A DNA stretch of 64,000 nt from positions 67,706,001 to 67,770,000 of the forward strand of contig NC_086097.1 in NCBI RefSeq assembly GCF_963921235.1, given 5' to 3'. This stretch comes from Mobula hypostoma. Its lineage: Eukaryota. Below the pieces are notes generated by a model, which saw only the letters and a program-made list of their open reading frames with translations, searched no databases and had not been told where the DNA came from. This document shows positions 1-11,001 of the stretch, one piece after another. The translations under genes and the position numbers were made by a program. The stretch's first letter is position 1; each line of letters opens with the position of its first letter.

Positions 1-1088
1 TTAGCAGACTGATTAAGAAGAAGACTTGCAATTTATGAAATCAAGTTAGTGTAACCTGATGTACTGATACTCGCTTAACAATCCACCAACATGAAATTCT
101 CCAAAATCAAATACTGAAAGACAAACAATTGGAAGCATAGTAGTCTGAGATATAACTAGATGGACAATTTATAGGTACCTCTTTGGTTACAAAAAGGATA
201 CAGTAAACATTTAACACCAATTTTGAATGCAATAAAACTAGAATTTGACACATTTTGGGTTGAATACAGTCAATCATTGTCCTTCTGTTAATCTCTACCA
301 CTTTCTGGAAGCCTTTCTGGAATCCTTCAGCTTCTCCAAATCTTAATCCTCCTTTAAAACTTTCCTAAGGACTCGCTTTATTCACCTGCCTCTTGGCCAC
401 TCCATACTAATCTATCTCCTTTGCTTTTGCTCAGTATCTGTTTTACACCTCAGAGATTCTCATGGGATTTTTTTTCGTATTCCATTGCATATGCTGTGTA
501 AATGCAAATCACTTTCCTGGAAGTAAAGCTATCTGGTTGCTTTATGATCAAAGGGGGAAAAGTGATGTCAGAATGATGAACTATCTTTGCCACAGCTGGA
601 AACAATGATGTATGATTAAAAGTAAATAAAGAAATTGGCTTTCTTGGAAGACTTGTCACTTCCTTGAATCCAGTTCTCTTGGCTCATAATTAAGATGTAA
701 GTGCATAATTTGTCTCCTGATCAGTTCCATTCAATACCACAGCAAATGAGGCATGGCAAAATTAATTAGCAATCACCTGGTTCTGCAACAAGTCAGTGGA
801 GGGTCAATAGATCCAACTACCCTCTACTACCTTGGATATTACCACCTTGGCAGCAGTACAAAGTGGATTAGACATGTCAAATTCTATAATGCCATAGATT
901 GAAAAACTTGAAAGTTTTAGAACAAAATCTCAGGTTCATGAACTTTGTAAACCACAGTCTTTTTTTAAATTGCTAGTACTGTTTTATTAAATGCATCAAG
1001 AAAACCCACTATAACCTCTTGACCTTCATTCAATTGTGGTTCTAAGAATTTTAACTGAAAAGATTTCTCTCTCTCCCTGAAAGTAGTG

Positions 1089-1843
1089 AGTCAGAATTAG
1101 AATCAGCTTTACTTTCATGATCTTATATGAATTTTGGTGTTTTGCAGCAGCATTACAGTGAAAAGACATGATTACTATAAATTACAGAATAAATAAATGG
1201 TGCAAAAAAAAGGGTAGTGTTCATGGGTTCACAGACAACAGGAATTTGTTGATAGAGGGAAGGAAGTTGTTCCTGATTCATTGAGTGTACATCTTTAAGC
1301 TCTGTATCTCCTCCCTGATGGTAGTAATAAAAAGAGGGCATGTCCAGCATGGTGAGGTCATCTTCTTGAGCCACCTCCTCTTGAATATGTCCTCACTGGT
1401 GGGAGGATCGTGCCTGTGATGAAACTGGGTGAGTCTACAACTCTTCATATCTCTTCCAATCCTGCGCACTGGAGCCTCCATACCACAACATGACACAACC
1501 AGTCAGAAGAACGCTATCCACCATATACCTATAGAAATTTGCAGAAGTCTTTGGTGACATACCAAATCTCTTCAAGCTTCTAATAAAGAAAAGTTGCTCA
1601 TGTGCTTTCTTAGTGATTGCATTAATGTGTTGGGTCTAGGACATATCCTCTGAGATATTGACACCAATGAACTTAAAATCTGCTCACCCTTTCTACCAAT
1701 GATCCCTTGATGAGGGCTGGTTCATTTTTTCTGGACTTATCCACCCAAAGTCCACAATTAATTCCTTGGTCTTGTTGACGTTAAGTGTGAGGTTAACCAC
1801 TCAACAAGCTGATCTATCTTATGCCTGTACACCTCTTCATCAT
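1089..1843 (-). mobile_element. Rex1/Babar-like LINE, 5'-truncated 3' fragment
   Basis: A (GATTCT)-type tail appears as AGTCAGAATTAGAATCAG at the left end. The decayed RT C-terminus on the minus strand (FKFIGVNISEDMS-like) matches other copies in the window. Confidence 0.8.
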
Positions 1844-2053
1844 ACCAGAATATGATGGTTTGCCGAATGATTATTCCTCATCGATTTGTCAAGGTGGTCA
1901 GTATCAGGAGGCTATTTTACCAAAAAGACATGATAGCTAAAATCGACTTTGCCCTCACTTTGCATCAATAATACATATTTCAGACAAGGTTACTGAACAG
2001 CAATTAGGAGTAGATACATCAGATGATCAATTTTACTATTTAGCCTGGGTGCA

Positions 2054-2077
2054 TTAATTACAGAGCTCTGTAATTAA
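2054..2077. repeat. Perfect 24-bp palindrome TTAATTACAGAG|CTCTGTAATTAA
   Basis: Exact reverse-complement symmetry, read directly. Confidence 0.95.
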
Positions 2078-3149
2078 GCCATGAGATCAGCACAGACCAG
2101 ATGTGTTTCTGCTGCATCTGATTCTAAGCCCCAAATGTGTTAAGAATATTAACTCGTCTTATACCTGGAAGATACACAGAATCAAAAGTCTTCCCCTTCA
2201 GTTTTCATGAGGAAAACAGTTGTAAAGAACATGTGGAAGTTATTCAGAAAGCAACTGGTAAAATCATAATTAAGTCACCTCAAAATATTTTGGACATGAT
2301 ACATTATATGCTCATTATACATATAATTATTGTGGAGATCTATTAAAGAATACAGACTGGGATTGGATTATCTGCTAACCAGAAGTTACTTGGGAAAAAG
2401 CACCTTTAAGTATCTTGTGTTAATTAGAAAATCCTCCTGTGAATCTGCTTGCTGCAAGACAGTCCACTGGAAAACAATACTATGTATATTTGGGAACTTT
2501 CTCATGGCTGGTTCCCAGCTTTGAAGAACTGATTTTACTCTGCATATGAATAAAACCATTTCAACATTATGCTGATTTGGATCTTGTCTACCAGACCAGA
2601 TGAATGCTAAATTAGAATAAGCTTCTAAGAAGAGAAAATTTCTCCTTTTCTTATGCACATTGACAAAGTGATGTACATTACATCTGACAACAGCACAGAA
2701 TTATTCTTCTTGCTCACAAACACTGTGGTTTAAATTGCAGCACTTTTTGAAACATATGATCTTCCAGGGGAAAGCTATTACCATCAATATGTATTTCTGC
2801 AACAAATTTATTTCAGAATAACCAGCATGCACCTTCCCTAAAAGCTTCAACAAACAAAATGTTATATCAAGCTTGCGTGCAGTCAAAATGCAATGCAACT
2901 GTTGTAGACTACTTACTTTCTCCACAGCAAGTCCTTAGAACTAATTTATAATGGGACAGCTCAGTGGTTAAAAAAAACTACTTTGTTGAATTCTAGATTC
3001 TGTTGTGCCAGTTTCATAGTTACAGGGAGCATTTTGTGTACAACAAATATTGTACAACTATTCTTAAATATATTGTTCTTTTAACCCTGGTGTATGCTGT
3101 ACTTTACAAAAGCTCCATTTAACAGAATAACCAGGAATAATGGATTATT

Positions 3150-3216
3150 TTTTGGTCCATTTAATGTCGGTTGCATTCATCTCTTGAGCATGCAACTGAC
3201 ATTAAATGGGCCAAAA
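3150..3216. repeat. 27-bp-stem inverted repeat (hairpin) with 13-nt loop
   Basis: Arms are TTTTGGTCCATTTAATGTCGGTTGCAT (3150-3176) and ATGCAACTGACATTAAATGGGCCAAAA (3190-3216). The two non-Watson-Crick positions are G:U pairs on the + strand. Confidence 0.9.
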
Positions 3217-4298
3217 TACTGTCTGGGTAGATTTACTGAACTGCAGCCTCAATGATCAGGGTCACATCACTGATGGGGCAGAAATAGTCTGCTTTTAAGT
3301 GTTTCCTATGCTTAAATCTTAAAATGATTTTTTTTTAAAGGGACATACAGGTAATGCTCATGATGCAGGTGTTCCCACTAGAACTGGATTTCCAATCAGC
3401 AGCTTGTCAAAATAAAATAAAATTGATTTTACTCCGGGCTTCTGCTGTCAAGGTGACCACATCCAAGTTCTGCACTACTTCCTCTCTCCTCCAAGGACTA
3501 AACTACAAGCACATGCTGGAGCTGAGGCTGAAAACCTGATGTTTGAAGCGACATGGTTACTTAGTGCTCACAGTTTACCTGAAGGCAAATACTTACCTTA
3601 TTCAAAAATCAGATGTGTTCCACATCTGTTTCCCACAGGTCAAAATCAACTCCACTGTGTCTTAGCTTTCATCTACTTCACCTTCAACTGCATTCCTCAA
3701 AATAATAAAAAGTTAAATGTAATAGATGTAAATGTTTAATAATAAACTTTCTATTCTTTGCATGTTAGGGTACAATAAAACATAGGCTTGGATTTCATTC
3801 TGAGCCAGGAAAGAGAGGCTTTCATTGCTCATTTTGTAAACAAAGAATTTTGCTGTGTTTGTCAGGCTACACTTGCACTCAGCTTAGTGTACCTACCGAT
3901 GATAATTCCTCACTGTGCATTGCCCCAGGAACATATCACTTATGGTTTGGTGTGGAAATGCTAGCTATGAGGGATGAGCTTGGGTGGACCAGGACAAAGG
4001 TACTGTCACTCCATATTGGGGTATGGATCTCAGGGCATGGCCAGGCTAGCATTTCCAGTATGTTGGAGACTAGAAGCAGACTCTCTCTTATCCTTGTTTT
4101 GGATCTGATGTAAGTTGCGGTTGCCCCTCTACTTTTGCCTGCACATTTCTCCCTAGCCCAAGGGGCTTGAGAGAGCTCGCACAATACACCCAACAACAGC
4201 CTTTACAGAGAGCTTCACCACAACAAACCATGACTGATTCACTTTTGGATTTGAACTGGGTTCCTGGCACAGCAGGAACAGCAATGGGAAAGGAAGAA

Positions 4299-4850
4299 AT
4301 GTACGCACTCTACACGCATGACTGCATGGCTAGTTACAAATCAAACAACATCTACAAGTTCATAGATGGCACCACTGTTGTTGGTTAAATGTCAGATGGC
4401 AATGAGGAAGTCTACAGGAGTGAAATAATTTGGCTTTTTGACTTTCTCTCAACATCAGCAAGAACAAGGAATTGTGAAGACACAACAGTCCTCATTGAAG
4501 GATCAACAGTGGAAAGGATGAGTAGCTTTAAATTCCTGGGAGTCAATATCCTAGAAGATGTGTCCTGGGCCCAACACAATGATGCAACCATAAAAAAGAC
4601 ACACCAGCAGACCTACTTTGTTAGGAGTTTGAGGACATTTGGTTTCAATAGATGCATGGCAGAGAGCATTCTGCCTGGTTGCATCACAGCCTGGAATGGA
4701 AACTCCAATGCATAGGGTTACAAGGGGTGTAGACTTAGCCAATTCCACTTTGGACACTAACCTCACTGTCATCGAGAAGCATCTTCAACAAGTGGTATCT
4801 CAAGAAGGCAACATCTATCATTTAGGACACTCACCAGATGAAACTCATCT
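4299..4850 (+). mobile_element. Rex1/Babar-like LINE RT fragment
   Basis: Peptides LYTHDCMASYKSNNIYKFIDGTTVVG (decayed FADD) and FKFLGVNILEDVSW; stops and deletions. Confidence 0.85.
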
Positions 4851-4999
4851 GGTTTCAGTGTATTTTTAATTTTTCACAGATGCGATCGAATGCAGCATCA
4901 CATCTGAAGACCTGTGGCAAGTATGTGTGAATACAGCAGGCAGGAAGTTCCTTAACCTCACACACTGAAGAACGTTTATTGAAAAACACAGACTGCAAA

Positions 5000-5510
5000 G
5001 CAGGAATAGAAACATAGAGAAAAGGAACAGGAGTATGTTCCTTGGGCTTGTTCTATCGTTCAATATTACATGGCTCTTCATTCAATTTAGTATACTGTTC
5101 CCATTGCCTCCTAGCATCACTTGATCTCTTAAACATGATGAAATATGTCTACTTCCTTTTTGAATATATTCAATGACTTGGCTTCGACTGCCTACAGTGG
5201 TAAGGAATTCTACTCATCCTCTGAGTGAAGAAATCTCACTGGTAAATGACATTTGTCTCCTGCTGCTACTTCTGTCTGTAAAGAAACCAAAACTGCACAT
5301 TATGCTCCAAGTGCGATCTAACAAATATTGTACAGCTGTAACGTGATGTCCTAACACTTAACTCAATACCTCAGGCTATGATTGCAAGCATACTAAATGT
5401 CTTCTTCTCTACCTTATTCATCTGTGTTGCCATTTTCCAGCAAGCAATGGACTTGCATCTAGAGGCCCCTGTTCCCCAGCATCTAGTTCATCCACTATCA
5501 GGATTATTAT
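5000..5510 (-). mobile_element. Decayed CR1 LINE 3' fragments
   Basis: Minus-strand remnants of the CR1 RT C-terminus and 3' UTR (CCAAAACTGCACATTATGCTCCAAGTG, equivalent to the HLEYCVQFW motif). Confidence 0.6.
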
Positions 5511-5515
5511 ACATT

Positions 5516-6497
5516 CAGACAGACAGGCAGACAGACGGACATACTTTATTGATCCCGAGGGAAACTGGGTTTCATTACAGTTGCACCAACCAAGAATAGA
5601 GTATAAATATAGCAATATAAAACCATAAATAATTAAATAATACATAAATTATGCCAGATGGAAATAAGTCCAGGACCAGCCTATTAGCTCAGAGTGTCTG
5701 ACCCTCCAAGGGGGAGTTGTAAAGTTTGATGGCCACAGGCAGGAATGACTTCCTATGATGCTCAGTGTTGCATCTTGGTGGAATGAGTCTCTAGCTGAAT
5801 ATACTCGTGTCCAACCAGTACATTATGTAGTGGATGGGAGACATTGTCTAAGATGGCATGCAAATTGGACAGCATCCTCTTTTCAGACACCACCGTCAGA
5901 GAGTCCAGTTCCATCCCCACAACATCACTGGCCTTACGAATGAGTTTGTTGATTCTGTTGGTGTCTGCTACCCTCAGCCTACTGCCCCAGCACACAACAA
6001 CAAACACAATAGCACTGGCCACCACAGACTCGTAGAACATCCTCAGCATCGTATGACAGATGTTAAAGGACCTCAGTCTCCTCAGGAAATAGAGATGGCT
6101 CTGACCCTTCTTGTAGACAGCCTCAGTGTTCTTTGACCAGTCCAGTTTATTGTCAATTCGTATCCCCAGGTATTTGTAATCCTCCACCATGTCCACACTG
6201 ACCCCCTGGATGGAAACAGGGGTCACCGGCGCCTTAGCCCTCCTCAGGTCCACCACCAGCTCCTTAGTCTTTTTCACATTAAGCTGCAGATAATTCTGCT
6301 CACACCATGTGACAAAGTTTCCCACCGTAGCCCTGTACTCAGTCTCATCTCCCCTGCTAATGCATCCAACTATGGCAGAGTCATCAGAAAACTTCTGAAG
6401 ATGGCAAGACTCTGTGCAGTAGTTGAAGTCCGAGGTGTAGACGGTGAGGAGAAAGGGAGACAAGACAGTCCCCTGTGGAGCCCCAGTGCTGCTGAGT
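5516..6497 (-). mobile_element. Rex1/Babar-like LINE, 5'-truncated, (GTCT)n tail, RT C-terminal ORF still open
   Basis: ORF 5762-6520: TGAPQGTVLSPFL...LQKFSDDSAIVG...YKYLGIRIDNKLDW...[14 protein letters not shown] repeats at 5516-5540. Confidence 0.92.
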
Positions 6498-6719
6498 GTT
6501 CCTATCAACTCCTCCCTCATTCATTATTTTTCAGTGAACTTCAGCCAAATTGACCTAATCTCCCCTAAAACATCTGTCCAGTCATTCCAGGAACTGGTAG
6601 AGTAAACCTTGTTGTACTCTCTCCATGGTAGGAGGGCACATGGGTCTTATTTCACCATCCCTTTTCTCATATCTATCAACATTCATGTGATAGTCTGTCT
6701 CCCAGCTTTTGGAAACAAA

Positions 6720-6945
6720 GTGGAAAACTTCATAATTACTTGCGTTATGCTACATTAGTCATGCATGTGCCCACTTACCCAACTTGTCCAAATCACATTC
6801 AATCCTTTTCCCACTTTCCTCACATTCTATCTTCTCAACCCCATCCTGACCAAACTGTGCTTCATCTGCAAGCTTGGAGATGTTAGAGTTAGTTCTCTGA
6901 TCCAAATCATTGATACCTATTGTGTCATTGTCTGCACCCAAACAG
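6720..6945 (-). mobile_element. CR1 RT remnant
   Basis: INDLDQRTNSNISKLADE...DLDKLGKWA, a decayed ISKFADD motif. Confidence 0.7.
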
Positions 6946-6996
6946 CCTAATAATTCTTACTCTCTTTTGCTTTCTGTTATCCTATTCTGAATCCAC

Positions 6997-7105
6997 ATGG
7001 TGGCAGAGTAGTGTAGTAGTTAGCACAATGCTTTACAGTACCAGCGACCTGCTCCAGTTCCTGCGGCCTTCAGTAAGGAGTTTGTATGTTCTCCCTGTGA
7101 CCACA
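6997..7105 (+). mobile_element. tRNA-derived V-SINE (HE1-like), 5' part
   Basis: A-box-like GTAGTGTAGTAGTTAGC followed by the core start GTAAGGAGTTTGTATGTTCTCCCTGTGACC. Confidence 0.7.
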
Positions 7106-7592
7106 ACTGATATATCTGATTGATGGGAGCACTGGTATTGAAGGTATTAAAGAAATGCGCAGAAGTATTCAACGGAGAATGATGGAGTATGTAAGGAATC
7201 ACTATTAAGCTGGCTGTTGAACCTGACAGACACCTAAATGTTTGAAGGCAAAACCTGTTCCATACGTCCTCAAACCAAAGGTAGAAGGACTTTACTGGGA
7301 TCAGACTAGACTGGGTTCAATGTGCAAGGGTTTGAATGCCACAACCTCCTACAAAGTTAGATCTTGCAACATAGGGGAAAGCAGAGCCTCGCTTCCAGAT
7401 GAGTTCAATAGCTTCTATGCTTGCTTTGTCCACCAGAGCAGGGAGGAACCATCGCGCACCTCCAGATCTCCTGGTGATCCTTTCAGCTCAGTATCTGAAG
7501 ATGACTTGCGGGCTGCCTTCAAGAGAATGAATCCAAGGAAAGCATCTGGCCCAATACTGAAGACCTGTGCTGACCAACTGACTGGTGTCTTC

Positions 7593-8665
7593 AAGTCAAG
7601 TCAAATCAAGTCACGTTTTATTGTCATTTCGACCATAACTGCTGGTACAGTACACAGTAATAACGAGACAACGTTTTTCAGGACCATGGTGCTACATGAA
7701 ACAATACAAAAACTACACTGAACTACATAAAAAATAACACAAAACTACACTAGACTACAGACCTACCCAGGACTGCATAAAGTGCACAAAACAGTGCAGG
7801 CATTACAATAAATAATAAACAAGACAATAGGCACAGTAGAGGGCAGTAGGTTGGTGTCAGTCCAGGCTCTGGGTATTGAGGAGTCTGATGGCTTGGGGGC
7901 AGAAACTATTACATGGTCTGGTTGTGAGAGCCCGAATGCTTCGGTGCGTTTTGCCAGATGGCAGGAGGGAGAAGAGTTTGTATGAGGGGTGTGTGGGATC
8001 CTTCATAATGCTGTTTGCTTTACGGATGCAGCATGTGGTGTAAATGTCTGTAATGGCAGGAAGAGAGACCCTGATGATCTTCTCAGCTGACCTCACTATC
8101 CACTGCAGGGCCGTGCAATTCGAGATGGTGCAATTTCCGAACCAGGTAGTGATGCAGCTGCTCAGGATGCTCTCAATACAACCTCTGTAGAATGTGGTGA
8201 GGATGGGAGGCAGTGGGAGATGGACTTTTCTCAGCCTTCGCAGAAAGTAGAGACACTGCTGGGCTTTCTTTGCTATGGAGCTGGTGTTGAGGGACCAGGT
8301 GAGATTCTCTGCCAGGTGAACACCAAGAAATTTGATGCTCTTAACGATCTCTACGGAGGAGTCGTCGATGTTCAGTGGAGAGTGGTCATTCCGTGTCCTC
8401 CTGAAGTCAACAACCATCTCTTTTGTTTTGTTCACATTCAGAGACAGGTTGTTGGCTCTGCACCAGTCCGTTAGCCGCTGCACCTCCTCTCTGTATGCTG
8501 ACTCATCGTTCTTGCTGATGAGACCCACCACGGTCACGTCATCGGCGAACTTGATGATGTGGTTAGAGCTGTGTGTTGCAGCACAGTCGTGGGTCAGCAG
8601 TGGACTGAGCACACAGCCCTGGGGGGCCCCCGTGCTCAGTGTGATGGTGTTGGAGATGCTGCTTA
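7593..8665 (-). mobile_element. Rex1/Babar-like LINE, (TTGAC)n tail, nested antisense in the previous LINE
   Basis: ORF 7857-8612: HIIKFADDVTVVG...[13 protein letters not shown]...SFCPQAIRLLN. Tail AAGTCAAGTCAAATCAAGTC at the left end. Confidence 0.92.
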
Positions 8666-9360
8666 ATCCGGACCACAGGGATGTTCATGGTTATCTTCAA
8701 CCTCTCGCTCCAGCAGTGTGTGGTACCCAGGTGCTTCAGTCGTACTGTTGCCCAAGAAGAGCATGGTGACCTGCCTCAGTGATTACCGCCCAGTCGCACT
8801 TACATCCACAGTGATGAAGTGTTTTGAGAGCTTGGTGTTGAAGCATATCAGCTCTTGTCTGAGTGGCGACTTGCATCTGCTCCATTTTGCCTACTGAAGC
8901 AACAGGTTGACAGCAGATGCCATTTCATTGGCTCTTCACACAACCCTGGAACATCTGGACAGCAAAAGTGCATACATCAGGATACTCTTTATGATAACAG
9001 CACAGCATTTAACACCATTATCTCCTCAAGGTTAACCAGACCTGGGCCTCAATACCCCCTTGTGCAATTGCATCCTAGATGTCCTCACTTGTAGACCCCA
9101 GTCAGTTTGGATTGGCAAAAGCATCTGCTCCACAATCTCCATCACCACAGGAGCACCACAGGGATGTGTACTTAGCGCCTTGCTCTCATCACTTCGCACC
9201 TATGTCTGTGAGGCTAAGTACAGCTCCAACACTATTTTCAATTTTGCTGATGCTGATGACACCACTCTTGTGGGCTGTATCAAAGCTGGTGATCAATCAG
9301 CATATAGGAGGGAGATTGAAGATTTGACTGAGTGGTGTAACCTCTCACTCAATGCCAATA

Positions 9361-11001
9361 CAGGTGTCCCCCGCTTTTCGAACGTTCACTTTACGAAACC
9401 TCACTGTTACGAAAGACCTACATTAGTTACCTGTTTTCAATAACAGAAGGTGTTTTCACTGTTACGAGAAAAAACAGCGCACGGAAAAAGCAGCGCACGA
9501 AAAAAAGGGAGCGTGCGCCCCGAGCAGCCGCTCTCCCCTGGATTCGGAACTGCATTCTAGCCGGCATTGCTTAAACACGTGCCCGTGAGCAGCCGTTTGC
9601 AAGATGAGTTCTAAGGTATTGGAAAAGCCTGAAAGAGCTTGTAAGGGTGTTACACTTAGCGTAAAACTAGACATAATTAAGCGTTTTGATCGTGGTGAAC
9701 GAAGTAAGGACACAGAGAGCTTGGCTTGTGGAAGTTGACGAAGATGATGTTGAAGAAGTTTTGGCATCTCATGACCAAGCACTGATAGATGAAGAGCTGA
9801 TGCAATTGCAAGAGGAAAGGATAACAATCAAAACCGAATGCAGTAGCGAACGGACTGAAAGTGAAGTCGTCCAGGAACTGAATGTGAGGCACCTACGTGA
9901 GATTTTCGCTGCAATGATAAAGTACGACTTTAATTTTGAAAGGGTACGTAGGTTTAGGGGATATTTGCAGGATGGTTTGAGTGCTTACAAAGAACTGTAT
10001 GATAGAAATATGCGCGAGGCTAAGCAGTGAAGCATACTGTCGTTTTTCAAGCCTTCCACATCAGCCACAGCAGATGACGAACCCCAATCTTCGACGTCGA
10101 GGCAGGCAGACATAGAAGAAAATGACCTGCCTGCCCTCATGGAAACAGACGACGAGATGACACCCCAGTGTCCTACCACTCCAAACCCCGGGCCGCAGAC
10201 AGATACCGATCCGCGGAGAATGCAGCGGTGGCTGGGACGCAGCCAGCACATTTTTAAGAAAAAAGCCGAAATAAACATGCTAATTAATTAGGTGCTGCCT
10301 GGCACGTAAATGTCAGTCCAGATCAGAGACGATTGCCAATTGCGTCGCCTCTGATCTGGGCCGACATTTACGTGCTGGGCGGCACCTAATTAATTAGCTT
10401 GTTTATTTTGGCTTTTTTCTTAAAGATGTGCTGGATGCGTCCCGGCTACTACTATACCCCTGCATTCTTTTCGGATCGGGTTGCTGCCAGGAGGGTGGGG
10501 GCCACTGCACCACCCCAACCTCCAACGACTCAGCCTAACACACCATCATCAGTGTGCTTGGCAAGCTGTCCTCCTGATTCCGGTAAGTGATACTACACTG
10601 TACATACATTATTTCTACATTATCTCGGCTGTGTATTTTTACGTGTTATTTGGTATGATTTGGCAGCTTCATAGCTTAAAGGTTACTGGAGAGCGCTTGC
10701 GCCATGTTTCTGTTGAGAGTGCTTGCGCGAGATTTTCGCTACTGAGAACAGTGCAGGCAATTATTGTGGGAAAGTATTTCTACTTTATATAGGCTGTATA
10801 TTCATCATATCATTCCTGCTTTTACTATATGTTACTGTTATCTTAGGTTTTATGTGTTATTTGGCAGGTTATTTTTGGGTCTGTGAACGCTCACAAATTT
10901 TCCCATATAAATAAATGGTAATTGCTTCTTCGCTTTACGACATTCCGGCTTACAAACCATTTCAAAGGAACGCTCTACCTTCGGATGGCGGGGGAAACCT
11001 G
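9361..11001 (+). mobile_element. Tigger/pogo-type DNA transposon, internally deleted
   Basis: Ends are CAGGTGTCCCCCGC and GCGGGGGAAACCTG, with TA TSD (9359-9360, 11002-11003) splitting the host codons NAN|KTK. The N-terminal HTH MSSKVLEKPERACKGVTLSVKLDIIKRFDRGE (from 9604) is fused to the acidic C-terminus EVDEDDVEEVLASHDQALIDEEL; the DDE core is missing. Confidence 0.9.

Noticed and set aside
3328..3356. 10-nt micro-exon (ttttaaag GGACATACAG gtaatg)
   Set aside because: Splice-like signals are present, but there are no partner exons and the length shifts the frame; such matches are common by chance.
6997..7070. tRNA gene
   Set aside because: It is a degenerate SINE head running into the V-SINE core, with no cloverleaf.
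9604..10200. Domesticated TIGD-like host gene
   Set aside because: TIRs and TA TSD are intact, the catalytic core is deleted, and there is a frameshift and a stop.
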